Shown in pieces: positions 46,700 to 58,614 of a DNA stretch of 64,000 nucleotides (the first letter of the stretch is position 1; the number at the start of each line of letters is the position of its first letter). Location: the NCBI GenBank assembly GCA_963833425.1, contig CAWHXP010000007.1:96001-160000 (forward strand), written 5' to 3'. The DNA comes from an uncultured Methanosarcinaceae archaeon (GTDB lineage Archaea; Halobacteriota; Methanosarcinia; Methanosarcinales; Methanosarcinaceae). The notes beneath the pieces were generated by a model, which was not told the DNA's origin, ran no database searches, and worked only from the letters and a program-made list of their open reading frames with translations. A program made the position numbers and the translations under genes.

Positions 46700-47300
46700 T
46701 CTTAACATCCATTTGATTTTATTTTTTTTCCTTTCTTTTGCAGGAATATTCTTTTCCAAAGATCTATTTTCCTTTTTTGTTAATCCCATGTGATCTTGGT
46801 AAAAGTTAAAGTGAGTACAATAAAATCTCATTTGATTGTAAAACCATTTAACTTTCTTTGAGAATTCTATTGTTTTCTTTAAATTCTATCGCTTTAATGT
46901 CCAAAAATTATATACTGTCTTTCTAGTAAACTCTTTGATATTCTCCTTGATCTATATTTTTACCAAAAATTATTTTTCCCCCCCAACTTTTCGGAGCTTC
47001 GTTTCATGTTTATTTTTGATAACCAAGCATATTTCGAGTATTTACAGATATTGGTACTGTTTATTGGGTCTTTTTCTCTTTCCATTCCTGGGAAATACTA
47101 TCCATTCCCTATACTTTTTCAAAAAAGCTTCAGCATAGAATTTCTATCCGTCTCTGATGAAAAGAGATTTTAATCTGAAAGATGCTTATCTGCAACCCCT
47201 ATTAATTCATCTACTACACATCGTTTGTTAACAAATCTATTTAGAGCTTATACAATTGGAATACAAAACCAATAGCATTAAGCATACAACTTCCCATATT
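46700..47300 (-). mobile_element. Decayed IS1-family-like transposase remnant
   Basis: Minus-strand fragments DG*KFYAE, EWIVFPRNGKRKRPNK, KYAWLSK, IFGKNIDQ, KTIEFSKK resemble methanogen IS1-type transposases. Boundaries approximate. Confidence 0.6.
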
Positions 47301-47589
47301 TAAATTTTAACTGTGACACTCCAATACCTATTTTGCAGCATAAGTGCTTAAATTCACAAATTGAATATATCAAGTTCTTTCTTTAAGTCTCATTATGTTT
47401 TTGTAATTCTCAGAACTTACATGATTGATACCGGTATAAACCTTGATATATTCCCATTGTAGCTTTTAAGCTTGCAAAACAAGTTTATTGATCTTGATTT
47501 TGGTGTAATAGAGAAGTGTGATTATTAATAAGTGGAAAATGAATAAAACTATCAGAAAACAATTTAAAAAAATTAACTTGCTGAAATTT

Positions 47590-47790
47590 GCCTATTGAGT
47601 TTGCTGAAGGGATCCAAATTAATTGAAGCGTGGAGATTCAGATATATGCATAAGCTGTTTTACTTTGGTAAGACCAAGTTTCGGTATGGGAAACTATCTC
47701 AGGGAAAGTACCAAATAATTACTCTCTGCAGTAAAAGGGAGTGTGATATTAAAAAAGCATATGTATGGATTCGTTTTGAAGCTCACAGCA
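47590..47790 (+). pseudogene. MT-A70-family adenine methyltransferase remnant
   Basis: LLKGSKLIEAWRFRY, then after a frameshift VRPSFGMGNYLRESTK*LLSAVKG. Matches the MT-A70 pattern AWGFxY...KPxxGMGxYxRxxTExxLxxxKG. Confidence 0.6.
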
Positions 47791-48550
47791 ATAAAAAAAT
47801 AGCGAAAAACCAAATAAAGTTTATGACTTTATCGAAACTTGTAGTTCTGCACCTTACATAGAATTATTCAGCCAGCGTAATCGAGATGGACGGACCATAT
47901 GAGTGCCTGATATCCAAGAATGATTTCAAAACTAAATGTGAGTTCAGTCGTGGTCTATCTGACATAGTTGATATTGAAATTCGAAACAGAATATAATAAA
48001 ACGTATCAAAGTAGTGAAAATTCTGTAAAATTGATATGGAAGGAATTGACTTATTGCATACAACAATTATAAGGTAGGATAGCCACATCGTAAGCAGTGA
48101 CATTCTACATTATTTTGTGAAAATGAGAAAACACTCACTTTTACTCAAAAACTGTCACGAGATAGTAGAGAATATAATCGAAATCATTGATCCTGCAATT
48201 CTACTCAAAGATGTAATGTCTAACGTGGGAAAATTACTCAAGTTTAACTTGTCAGTTTTCTCTATGACTAGGGCAAACTACCTGAAAATATAAAAATAAG
48301 AATAATCGAATCGAAACAATAATTATTTTTTAAAAATCTATGCCATAAAAAAATATGTACAGTCCCCTAACATAAATACACAAAAATTAATTATTTTTTG
48401 AAGTACTGGCATTTATACAACTTGTGCTATATTCTCGCTAAACGCTGATATCTCAAATCAAAAGTAATGGCAGAGTAGGAAATAACAAATTTTGTAGTTA
48501 CATCCACGATGATAGCTAATTTATTATTAAAAGTAAAAGAGTTGAAATAC

Positions 48551-49555
48551 ATGATCAATAAACATAAATTGTATTCTGCAACCTTTGCTTCAATAGGTAT
48601 GATTTTAATGCTGGTAGGTATCGCAGGAGCAGCACCATTTGCATATATTACCAACTATGGCAGCAACAATGTGTCTATAATTGACACCGCAACCAACACT
48701 GTTACAGCGACATTAGAGGGAGTGCCTGATCCTTTTGGAGTTGCAGTTAACCCAACTGGAACAACAGTGTATGTGACAAACCCTAGCAGCAATAATATCT
48801 CTGTAATTGATACAACCAATAATACTATTACAGCCACTATGAATGGGTCAACCATTCCTTATGGAATTGCAGTTACTCCGGATGGATCAAAAATATATGT
48901 GACAAACTCTGATTTCAACAATGTCTCTGTAATTGACCCAGTAAACAATAATATTACAGCCACTGTGACTGTAGGAAGCGGTCCGAACGGAGTTGGAGTT
49001 AGCCAAGATGGAACAAAGGTGTATGTAACTAACTTTGTGAGCAACAATGTCTCTGTAATTGATACGAGCACAAATAAAGTTATAGCCACGGTGAATGTCG
49101 AAAATAATCCTTTAGGAATTGCAGCCACCCCAGATGGAACAAAGGTATACGTGGTGAACTATGGCAGCTACAACATTTCTGTAATTGACACAGCATCGAA
49201 CACTGTTGTTAATAATGTGAGTGTCGGAAATAATGCCAATGTGGATGTCGGGTCTAATCCTTGGGCAGTTGCAATCACCCCGGATGGGAAAAAGGCATAT
49301 GTGTCGAGCATTAATCCGTATGCAACCGGCAGCAGCACAGTTTATGTAATTAATACAGCCACAAACACAGTTACAAACACAATGAGTGGATTTAATTTTC
49401 CTTTAGGAGTTGCAGTCACCCAAGATGGAAAAAAAGTTTATGTTGTGAACTATTTACGCAATACTATATCTGTAATTGACACGGCAACTGACACTGTTAC
49501 AGACACGGTACCTGTCGGTAACCAGCCCATAGCCTTCGGGAAATTTATCGGGTAA
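48551..49555 (+). CDS. YVTN beta-propeller (YncE-like) surface protein
   Basis: Signal peptide ending AGA-APFAYITN; seven repeats of YVTN...VSVIDT...P.GVAV.PDG.KV. Confidence 0.92.
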   Translation: MINKHKLYSATFASIGMILMLVGIAGAAPFAYITNYGSNNVSIIDTATNTVTATLEGVPDPFGVAVNPTGTTVYVTNPSSNNISVIDTTNNTITATMNGSTIPYGIAVTPDGSKIYVTNSDFNNVSVIDPVNNNITATVTVGSGPNGVGVSQDGTKVYVTNFVSNNVSVIDTSTNKVIATVNVENNPLGIAATPDGTKVYVVNYGSYNISVIDTASNTVVNNVSVGNNANVDVGSNPWAVAITPDGKKAYVSSINPYATGSSTVYVINTATNTVTNTMSGFNFPLGVAVTQDGKKVYVVNYLRNTISVIDTATDTVTDTVPVGNQPIAFGKFIG

Positions 49556-50010
49556 TATCCGAACGATTTCTGCAATTAAATGCAGTACCTTCTGCTAATA
49601 TGATATGACACACCATTGAGCAACGTTCAGTTGAACGCAACTGCTTCGGTAGGTGGAACTTTGATATATATTTCAGCAGGTATTGTACTGAATGCAACCC
49701 AGCATCGTGCATTGAATACTACCTTCATGCCAAATGATACTACAGACCATACTCTAGGATCAACGATTGCTCCAATAAATAATATTGTCGACTCCTACAA
49801 TTACTTGAGTAATCCTGATGGCATATCTTATAGAATAGTGTTGAGTAGTACTCAGCTGATGCTTATGCTCCAGTAAATGGAACCTTTGTCTACACTCCTG
49901 CATGAGAAAATGTATTAGACAGAGGTACGCACACAATGGATACTATTTTCACACCAACTGATACTATAAACAACGCTAACGCGTCGGTGAGTGTCTTGAT
50001 CGATTTTATC
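49556..50010 (+). pseudogene. Decayed C-terminal Ig-like/MBG-type repeats of the YVTN gene
   Basis: TPLSNVQLNATASVGGTLIY...LNTTFMPNDT and SNPDGISY..VLSSTQLDAYAPVNGTFVYTPA*...TIFTPTDT, in broken frames. Confidence 0.7.
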
Positions 50011-50590
50011 TATAAATATCCAAAACCTGGCAGAGATTTTGGACCCAATTATGCCGGTTATTTCTAAATTTTTTTATGGTATTGAAAAATTGAGTTTCTG
50101 ATTCAATTTATTCATATTTTTAATTTTGTTCCAAATACGATATATTTATTTTTTTGAGTTATATATTTAGCTGCACACAAGTATGAACAATAGATAAATG
50201 AATGAAAATATACATAAGCAAGCGGTTCACATTCAAAACTTGATCCAGAAAATATCAGATTAAACACTAAGATTCTACCGGAGAAAACGGAACCAAAAAA
50301 GACATGATGGAAATTAGGAAATTTACGCAATGTCTGACAGGTGTGAAGCCCCCATACGTAATAATATTAGAACACTTGTGGAAAATATTATAGTAAAATG
50401 CATAGAAACATCTATTAAAAGAAGTTGAAGGTAGTTTTGAAATAAGCCCAAAATGTAATTCGCTAAGTCATTTATATTTGCTCATCCTTTAAAGTAAAAA
50501 TGTAGGTTTCTTCTAATTTATGTGTTTCAATCAAAAAAGCAAAGATAGGTAGATTTCAGTACATTACATAATATGCAATATTAAGGAGAA

Positions 50591-51514
50591 GTGTTGATGG
50601 ACTTTCGATCTAATTTATTTGGCAAAGATGAAAATCATGAATTTTTAAACGCGTGTCGATTAGGGCAAATAGAAAAAGTAGAGAGATTTCTAAAAAGCAA
50701 CAAGATTGATATTAATTCACAAGAAGAATATGGTAAAACTGCTTTGATTTTTGCGACAGATATGGAGTACAAGGATATTGCAGAGTTGCTTATTAATCAC
50801 GGTGCTGATCTCAACATTCAAGAAGAACATGGCGAAACAGCTTTGATTTCTGCGGTAAAGATAGACCGCGTTGATATTGCAGAATTGCTTATTAAAAGTG
50901 GTGCTGATCTTAATATTCAAGATGAAAATGGAGAGACTGCTTTGAGGATTACGGTAAAAACAGGGAATAAACATATTGTAGAGGTGCTTATTGAAGGTGC
51001 TGCCGATCCTAATATTCAAAACAAAAATGGTGACACTGCTTTGATTTGTGCGGCAGATAGGGGACGTAAGGACATTGTAGAGTTGCTCGTTAAAGGTGGT
51101 GCCGACCTTAATATTCAAGCCAAAAATCATAACACTGCTTTGAATGCTGCAGCAAAACTAAAACGTAAAGATGTTGTAGAGGTGCTTATTAAAAGTGGTG
51201 CTGATCTTAATGTTCAAGATAAAAAAGGTAAAACTGCTTTGATTTGTGCTACAGACATAGAGTCGAAGGATATTGTAGAGTTGCTTATTAAAGGTGGTGC
51301 CAATCTCGATATTCAAGACGAATATGGTAAAACCGCTTTGATGTATTCGGCACAAACTGGGTATAAGGACGTTGTTGAGTTGCTTATCAAAGGCGGCGCT
51401 AATCTCGATATTCAAGACGAAAATCACAACACTGCTTTGGAGATTGCAGCAAAAATGGAATTTAAGGACATTGTAGAGTTGCTTATTAACGACGGTGGCA
51501 GTTTCATATCATAA
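50591..51514 (+). CDS. Ankyrin-repeat protein (8 repeats plus N-cap)
   Basis: 33-aa units G.TAL..A......DIVELLIKGGADLNIQD; GGAG RBS (start may be ATG 50597). Confidence 0.95.
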   Translation: MLMDFRSNLFGKDENHEFLNACRLGQIEKVERFLKSNKIDINSQEEYGKTALIFATDMEYKDIAELLINHGADLNIQEEHGETALISAVKIDRVDIAELLIKSGADLNIQDENGETALRITVKTGNKHIVEVLIEGAADPNIQNKNGDTALICAADRGRKDIVELLVKGGADLNIQAKNHNTALNAAAKLKRKDVVEVLIKSGADLNVQDKKGKTALICATDIESKDIVELLIKGGANLDIQDEYGKTALMYSAQTGYKDVVELLIKGGANLDIQDENHNTALEIAAKMEFKDIVELLINDGGSFIS

Positions 51515-51529
51515 TTTTATTTGAAAAGC

Positions 51530-51984
51530 ACACAGATAGCTAAAATTTCCATTTCTGATGTTTATTTGGCACTTGAGAAAACGCAGAAACAAGACCATAA
51601 GCTTCGCTATTTCTCATACAAATGTCTTCACAAGCGTCCCGTATATACAGATGGACCCAGGCTAGTTGTTTATATATACTTGAAAAAATGTAGAACCCAA
51701 AGCTTCAGCTATACGAGATCTCACACTACTGTTTCCATCATTGGTCAATCTAATTAAATCACTCCATGCCTGTTGTTTATCGAGCACTTGAGAAAAACAG
51801 AAACAAGAGCTCAGCTACATGATATCTCACATCGCTTTTTTCATCATTGGTTAGTATATGTAAGTCGTTCCATGTCTGTTGTTTAGCTGGCAGGGGAAAA
51901 CTTTTTCTAATTCTCTAACGCTAGAAGACGTTCTGCAGGATCGTCGCTGAGACAGTGATTTTTAATTTTCTCTTGATCTATCAA
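51530..51984 (-). pseudogene. Truncated Methanosarcina-type HEAT-repeat gene
   Basis: MIDQEKIKNHCLSDDPAERLLALEN*, then units KQQTWNDLHILTNDEKSDVRYHVAE, DKQQAWSDLIRLTNDGNSSVRSRIAEALGS, SAFSQVPNK. DNA period 106-108 bp. Confidence 0.85.
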
Positions 51985-52274
51985 TTGTCAAACACTTAAA
52001 TTTCAATAAAAATATATGATTCATCGTTTTTACTGATACATAGGTATATATATCAAAAACGGTGGGTTTTTTTCAGTTGCACAAAAAACCAGAAAATTCT
52101 TTTAAAAAATCTTGTAGACAATATATACTTTTTATTAAAAACAACGCAATAACTACTAACCAAAAAGTTGATATTTTTATCACTTGAAGGTCTCACTTGA
52201 AAGGTAGTTTTGAATACTTTTTTAATACACAACTCTATTAATTTATTAAAGAAAGCAGTGAAAGGAATAATTAA

Positions 52275-53200
52275 ATGAAAAAAAAACCAAACTAGCTTTA
52301 CTGCAATGATGGTATCCTACATGCGTGCCTATCATGCCATGCATAATACCCCTAAAATTTTTGATGATTTTCTGGCCTATCATTTGATATCTGATGAGAA
52401 AAAAGCATTAATAGAAAAAATTTTGATTGAACACTATTTGACTTGTAATAAAGGGTTAGATCATCTTGATCATGCTGGATTGCTCTTCGATCAGGTTATT
52501 ACTTCGACATTCTTAATGCAAACAATTAATGGCGTTATCAGCAGTGCACAATATTCGGAAAATACCTTAGAAGAGACTGTCAAACAGGGAATTAATCAGT
52601 ATATAATCCTTGGAGCAGGATGGATACCTTTGCTTTTCGGCGACCAGATTTGATGGAGAGATTGGAAGTATTTGAGGTTGACCATCCAGTCACACAAAAA
52701 TTTAAGCTTCATCGCCTTGCTGAGTTGGGATGGCAACTTCCAGCGAAACTGCACTTTATTCCTATAGATTTCACTAAGGAAAGTCTAAAAACAGTACTTT
52801 TGAGCTCATCATTTTATGACCCAACGGTCAAAAGCTTCTTTAGCTGGCTTGGTGTCACATCTTACTTAACCCAAGAAGAGAGATATTTGCAACACTGCGT
52901 TTCATCGCTGAAATTGCCCCTGCGGGCAGCATAGTTGTTTTCAATTATGCAGATACCAATGCATTTATCCCTGAAAAATTATCTCCACAAATGCAAGAAT
53001 TTTTGAAGCTTTTGCGAAAGATAGGTGAACCGATGAAAATGGGAGGCTTCGATCCTTCAAGTCTGACTGAAGATCTCGAAAGTTTAGGATTCCGTCTTCA
53101 TGAGAACGTGTTTCCAGCCGACATCGAAAGATGCTACTTGCAGGAACGCACGGATGGATGTTCTGAGTATGGGTACTTTGCATGTGCAGTTGTCAAATAA
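52275..53200 (+). pseudogene. Frameshifted LCM/YktD-type SAM-dependent methyltransferase
   Basis: TAMMVSYMRAYH..IFDDFLA, QYIILGAG / MDTFAFR..VFEVDHP..HFIPIDF..FSWLGVTSYL, GEPM, split over several frames. Confidence 0.88.
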
Positions 53201-53390
53201 TTAGGCATACAATGGTTCCATGTTCTATTGGTCAATATTTTATGGCTGTGTACCGATAGTTCTTCAAAATAAAGCCAACAAAATTATTTCGAGCTACTGT
53301 TCAGATAGGTGCTTATATTGATTACTGAGGCATTTTAATGGAAATTTGAATTAAAACTTTTTAAATATAATTAATGAAAATGTATTTATT

Positions 53391-54813
53391 ATGGAAAAAA
53401 ATGAAGTGCTTAAAAAAGCATATTTTGAGGAGATAAAAGGAGTTAATATATTACACATTAAAGGCAAACCATATGAAATGGGTTATCAGAATGGTTATTT
53501 GCTAGCGGATAAGATATACTTGATGATTAATAGGACTCTTTTAGCTACTACTGCGTATGTTGTTTCACAGACTGGTTTAAATCTGGAGAAGGCGGAGGAA
53601 ATATTATGGGTGGGGCAAAAGGCGGCTGAGTCTTTTTTACATAAGAATTCAAAGAAGAAATGATAGGGATTGTTGATGGAGTGAAAGAAGCGGGAGTAAA
53701 TATAACTCTAGGGGATATTTTGCTTTGGAACACTAATTATGATCAATGGTGTATTTATTGCCATCCTAGTTATTGGCAAGGTGATAATCAAGCTAAAAAT
53801 TATGGAAAGTTTCAACCATTGAAATAATCAAACCATCTAATGGAGGTTGTAGTAGTTTTAGTGCGTGGAGTGAATGGGCTGGTGGTGATGGAAAACTAAT
53901 ATTTGGTAAAAACTGGGATAATTTTAATATGCCTGAGCAATTGCCAAATCGAATGTTGATCATAGCAAGCCCCGAGGATGGAATTGGTAATGCTTTTTTA
54001 ACTTATCCGGGAATGATCAGGCTGGATGATGGTATCAATGTGGATGGCATAGCGATGATGACTCATTTGAACTCTATGCGACATGAAACCATGAAAGGCT
54101 GCAGCATAGCTATATTTACTCGTTTATATTGACTTACACGAGAACATTGGATGACGCAGTTGAGATTTTCAAAAAATATCACCGTTGTGCAGGTATTGCT
54201 TACCATGTAGTTGATGCCAAAGCAAAAAAAGCAGTCGTAGTAGAAATATCTTCTAAGAAATTCTGCTGCTGCTACCCGATACAGAATGTAGAAGCACTAT
54301 GGCAAACGAATCATTCCAACTGCTATCCGGGTTGGATGGGTTATTCTGGTTACAATATGGTAGCTGATCAAGTTCTGGTAAACCAGCTTAAGAATATCTC
54401 AACTATCGAAAACTGACAGAACAGTCTAAAGGACTCCTATAACGTTTATGTCCAAGCTCCTAGTCGCTTTGAACGCTATCAACAGTTGATTCATGAGTAT
54501 TACGGCGATATAACGGTTAATAAACGCAATAAAAATATTAAGTGACCGCTATGATCCTTATACACACCTTAATCGTGACAAACTTTTCCCTTCATGCACA
54601 AATAATATCCTGTGTATTATTTGTGCATTGTATCCTGATTTTACTTCTAAAGCGAAAGAACCATTGGGAACATTTAAAGCGCACATAGCTAATATGTGGA
54701 GTCTGGTGGCTTATCCGGAAACCGGAGACTTTTGGCTTGCAATCAACTGCTTTCCTGCACAGTATGGTGATTATATACACTTTAATTTAAGAAAATTATT
54801 GCAACTTTCGTGA
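53391..54813 (+). pseudogene. Frameshifted C45-family (Ntn hydrolase / acyltransferase) gene
   Basis: HIKGKPYEMGYQNGYLL, GGCSSFSAW..DGKLIFGKNWD, DDGINVDG, QTNH, PSRFERYQQL across at least five fragments. Confidence 0.75.
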
Positions 54814-55929
54814 GAAACGCATAATTTATTACCCTACTCTAAGATAGAAAAGATGGATGGACAGTAAACTTAAGAAAAAAATAATACGTTATAGAAAATG
54901 TGAATAAGTCCCAAAATGAGTTAAAGAAGAGATTGCGACTTCTCTAGCTATTTCTTATAGCTTTTTGTGGAATATTGTTCATAGGAAAACGCAATATGGA
55001 CAAAATTGAATTAATTTTTAGAGACCTACAGGATAATCGTATTCTACAAAAACCATTGACTACAGATACAAAAAAATTTATGATTATTCTATCAAGCTAA
55101 TTATTGGGGGTAAATTTATGTTTAAGGAGCACAATTGATGGCTCATCTGAGCAGTTAGCAAAAATTCTATAAATTCCAATTGACTCTATATCTTGTTCGT
55201 TGCCACAGAAAAAAAAATTATCGCGTTTACTGACAATTTATTTAATTTTATACTACAATAACGGATCAAATATTTTGGTATTTATTGATCTCTGGTTTCA
55301 AAAAATTGTCTATAAAGCTTATGTATGTAATTTGTTGAAACTAGACGTTTTCTACTTCCAGTATTATTTTTAATTAATGATACAAAAGAAATAGCTTCTT
55401 AATAAAAATTTTTTCTATAAAATATTTTTTAACCTTGAATTATAATTTAACTTTCATTATGTTTTATTATTTACAAAAACATAATGAAATTTAGCATCTT
55501 GGTTCCTCTAAAAAGCAGTGCAGACTAACTCTATAAAATGTACTGATCGTGTTCCTGAGTTATTATAGAGGATTACGATAAACTCCGTAATTTCGTTATA
55601 TTTATATAAATAATCTATAAATGACTTGTGAAAAATGAATGATTCATGAAAATAGGGTGCTTATTGAAATCCTCATCCATCTATATTTTTAAAGCTATAT
55701 TCTAGGGTAGTGTCTTTATTACATACAATTTTTGTGCAAAAATTTTTTAATTTCTTCAGTTCCATACGACATATGAAAGCATCATTGAGCTTTAACGCTA
55801 AGAGCTCATAGAACTTATTGGATTCATAGAGTATATCAATCGCCTACCGAAAGCAGGATAATCTAAAAACGAGATTTAATTATAAATAGAAGCTATAAAT
55901 ATTTGAATTAATTTCTAAAGAGGGATTGA

Positions 55930-56559
55930 ATGAGTAGGGTTAACGTGATATTTCACAGTATTTATGGCCACATTTACAGGATGGCAGAAGCCGTTGCTGA
56001 AGGGGCAAGAGAGATCGAAGGAACTGAGGTCGGAATTTATCAGGTGCCTGAGACTCTACCTAAAGACGTTCTGGAGAAAATGGGTGCAATCGAGACAAAA
56101 AAGCTTTTTGCGCACATACCTGTACTGACCAGGGACATGTATGGGGAAGTACTGGCTGGAGCAGATGCATTAATATTTGGAACGCCTACTAGGTACGGAA
56201 TGATGACTGCCGAGATGCGCACACTCCTTGATGGTCTAGGCGAACTATGGAGTAGAGATGCCTTCGTAAGGAAGGTGGGAAGCGTCTTCACTTCAAGTGG
56301 AACGCAGCACGGAGGCCAAGAATCCACAATACTATCGTTTCATGTTAGCCTGCTTCATCTCGGGATGATTATTGTTGGGCTTCCTTACGCCGAAAAGCGA
56401 CAAACTAGAATGGATGAAATTACTGGCGGTAGCCCATATGGAGTTTCAACAATCGCAGGCGGAGATGGAAGCCGCCAACCTTCAGAAAATGAGCTTTCAA
56501 TGGCCCGCTATCAGGGTAGACACGTATCCCAAATTGCAAAAAAACTCGCTGGAGACTAA
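55930..56559 (+). CDS. wrbA: NAD(P)H:quinone oxidoreductase, WrbA family
   Basis: FHSIYGHIYRMAEAV, IFGTPTRYG, FTSSGTQHGGQE, GGSPYG motifs. Confidence 0.95.
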   Translation: MSRVNVIFHSIYGHIYRMAEAVAEGAREIEGTEVGIYQVPETLPKDVLEKMGAIETKKLFAHIPVLTRDMYGEVLAGADALIFGTPTRYGMMTAEMRTLLDGLGELWSRDAFVRKVGSVFTSSGTQHGGQESTILSFHVSLLHLGMIIVGLPYAEKRQTRMDEITGGSPYGVSTIAGGDGSRQPSENELSMARYQGRHVSQIAKKLAGD

Positions 56560-56979
56560 AAATTCGATATTTGTGCATATTAATTTCATTGGTATCAAAT
56601 GAGATACGAATCACCAAATACCTTTATTTATACCAAATATCTATATTCAAACTACAAGATTTTTATACATCATATTAAAGTTGTGTATATTTTTAATTTT
56701 TTCATTATTTCTTGAAACTTCATGCTTATTAGCTGGCTTTTTATTATTTTGGTTTTCTGGGCAATTAAATAATAAGTTCTAATAATATACAAATTTTACA
56801 TATATATATAAAAAAAATTAAAAATCGGAAACGTGGATTAACAGGAAAACTCCAATTTATTCACGTGTCCAAGATTGCAAGGTTCTTTCTAAATTTAAAA
56901 TAGATATCAAAGGACGTAGTAGAATTTGCCTATGCGCTTCAAGACGTTTTTTGAATTTGCTAGCATGTGATCAGTTATA

Positions 56980-58086
56980 GAGAATTTCGATAAACTTCCT
57001 GCTCTTGAGCATGGTTGACTTTAAATTTGTAAATATTTATGTATATTCATGAAAACTCTTACTGATTTTGCTCTTAAATAAGAGTATAAAAGTTTTGAAT
57101 CTGTTGGAGATAAGCTTGCTGAAATTGATTCCTTAATTGATTGAAAAACTTTTCGTATTATTCTTTAGTCTATGTATATTAACAAAACCGTTTCATGAGG
57201 AGACCTGAAACTGAGGTCATGGTGATGTTCAAAATGCTTGTTTTACAACAATGGCATGGGCTCTCTGATTTTGAACTTGAGAAACAGTGTATAGATCGAA
57301 TTTCTTTTAGGAAATTCCTTGGATTTCCGGAATACATACCTTACAGTACTACTATATAGCTATTTAGGGAGAGAATTATCGAGAATTTCAAAGAAAATAT
57401 GGGGAAAGTTGCAAGGCCAACTTGATGCTCTGGGTTTACAGATAAAGCAGGGAATTATTCAGGATGCTACTTTTATCCATTCAGATCCAGGACATGCAAA
57501 AGCAGATAAACGAGGCAAAAACAAGAAGAAGCAGAGACGGAACATGGATAAAGAAGGGAGGTAAGTCTCACTTTGGATATAAGCTTCATAATATAATAGA
57601 CAGAGATTATGAGCTTATCAGAAGATTCGAAACAACAACTGCGTCAGTACATGATTCGTATGTAGATTTGACAGAGTATACTTTGGAACAAAAACGAAAG
57701 GGTATAATGCAACAATGAAAAGAGCAGTCAAAGGACATACGCTGGGAATAAAGGATATATTAAGAAATAAAAGAATTAGCTCAAAAAGAGTCCCAGGAGA
57801 AAGAGTATATTCAGTAACGAAAGAAATTTTCAAAGCAGGAAGAGTTTTTGTTACTACTGTTAAAAGAGTAAATCTAAAAATGTTGTGTATGGCTTTTTGT
57901 TATAATCTCCATCAATTGAGGACATTGAAAATAAAAAAAGTATATCTTGAAGATAGCGGAAGCTATCTTTAAAATCAAAGAATTGAGAATAAGTAAAGCC
58001 AAAAAGAGGGATTAAATAGAGAAATTGAGGGGAAGATATGAGAAATTACTGCTAAGAAATAAAATCCGAAGTTTATCGAAATCCTC
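56980..58086 (+). mobile_element. IS5-family insertion sequence, transposase pseudogenised
   Basis: Inverted repeats GAGAATTTCGATAAAC and GTTTATCGAAATCCTC, TATA on both flanks. Fragments MFKMLVLQQWHGLSD, IQDATFI, DGTW.KKG.KSHFGYKLH, TTASVHDS. A further solo IR-like end lies near 58138. Confidence 0.93.
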
Positions 58087-58534
58087 TATAATTAGTTAAT
58101 TTTAAAACGCAAACGTTCTTTACATTGGGAACTTAATAGGATTTCGATAAACCCCTGATTTTCATGTGCCATCTGTATATTTTCAAATACCAAAATACCG
58201 ATACTTTTAAGTATATCGTTTGATACCACTTGAAAATTAAGTAATAGTTCTCTAGTAAAATAATAAATATATCATTGCGTCTGACCTCGCAAAATGTCAT
58301 GGGAATTGTAAGAAAGAGCTTTAATTTCTTGGATCTGAATATAAATATTGATTTTTTTTTGGTTCGATAAAGTTTTCTGTTGATATCCTATGTTGTTTTT
58401 GAAGGATGAGAATTTCAAGTTTCTAGAGCAATTTCAGATTCATCGTAGTTCCAAAATTTACTTTCATCTCAAGCTTGTCCTCAAAAGCAAGATTTCAACC
58501 TTTTCACCGATAGTTAAATAGTTTCCTTTCAGAG

Positions 58535-58610
58535 TTACCTTGATTTAATTTAGATGGTAGCTTCACAACTTCAAGCCAGAAAATTTATGTTCTCATTTTA
58601 TAAGACTTCT
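58535..58610 (-). pseudogene. C-terminal scrap of a single-domain response regulator
   Basis: NFLA*SC read in the adjacent frame as FWLEVVKLPSK, typical of receivers paired with SHDLQEPLR-type kinases. Confidence 0.45.
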
Positions 58611-58614
58611 TTAA

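Noticed and set aside
51549..51890. About 107-bp tandem repeat resembling a non-coding array
   Set aside because: Translates on the minus strand as 36-aa HEAT repeats, so it is a coding relic and not a CRISPR or RNA array.
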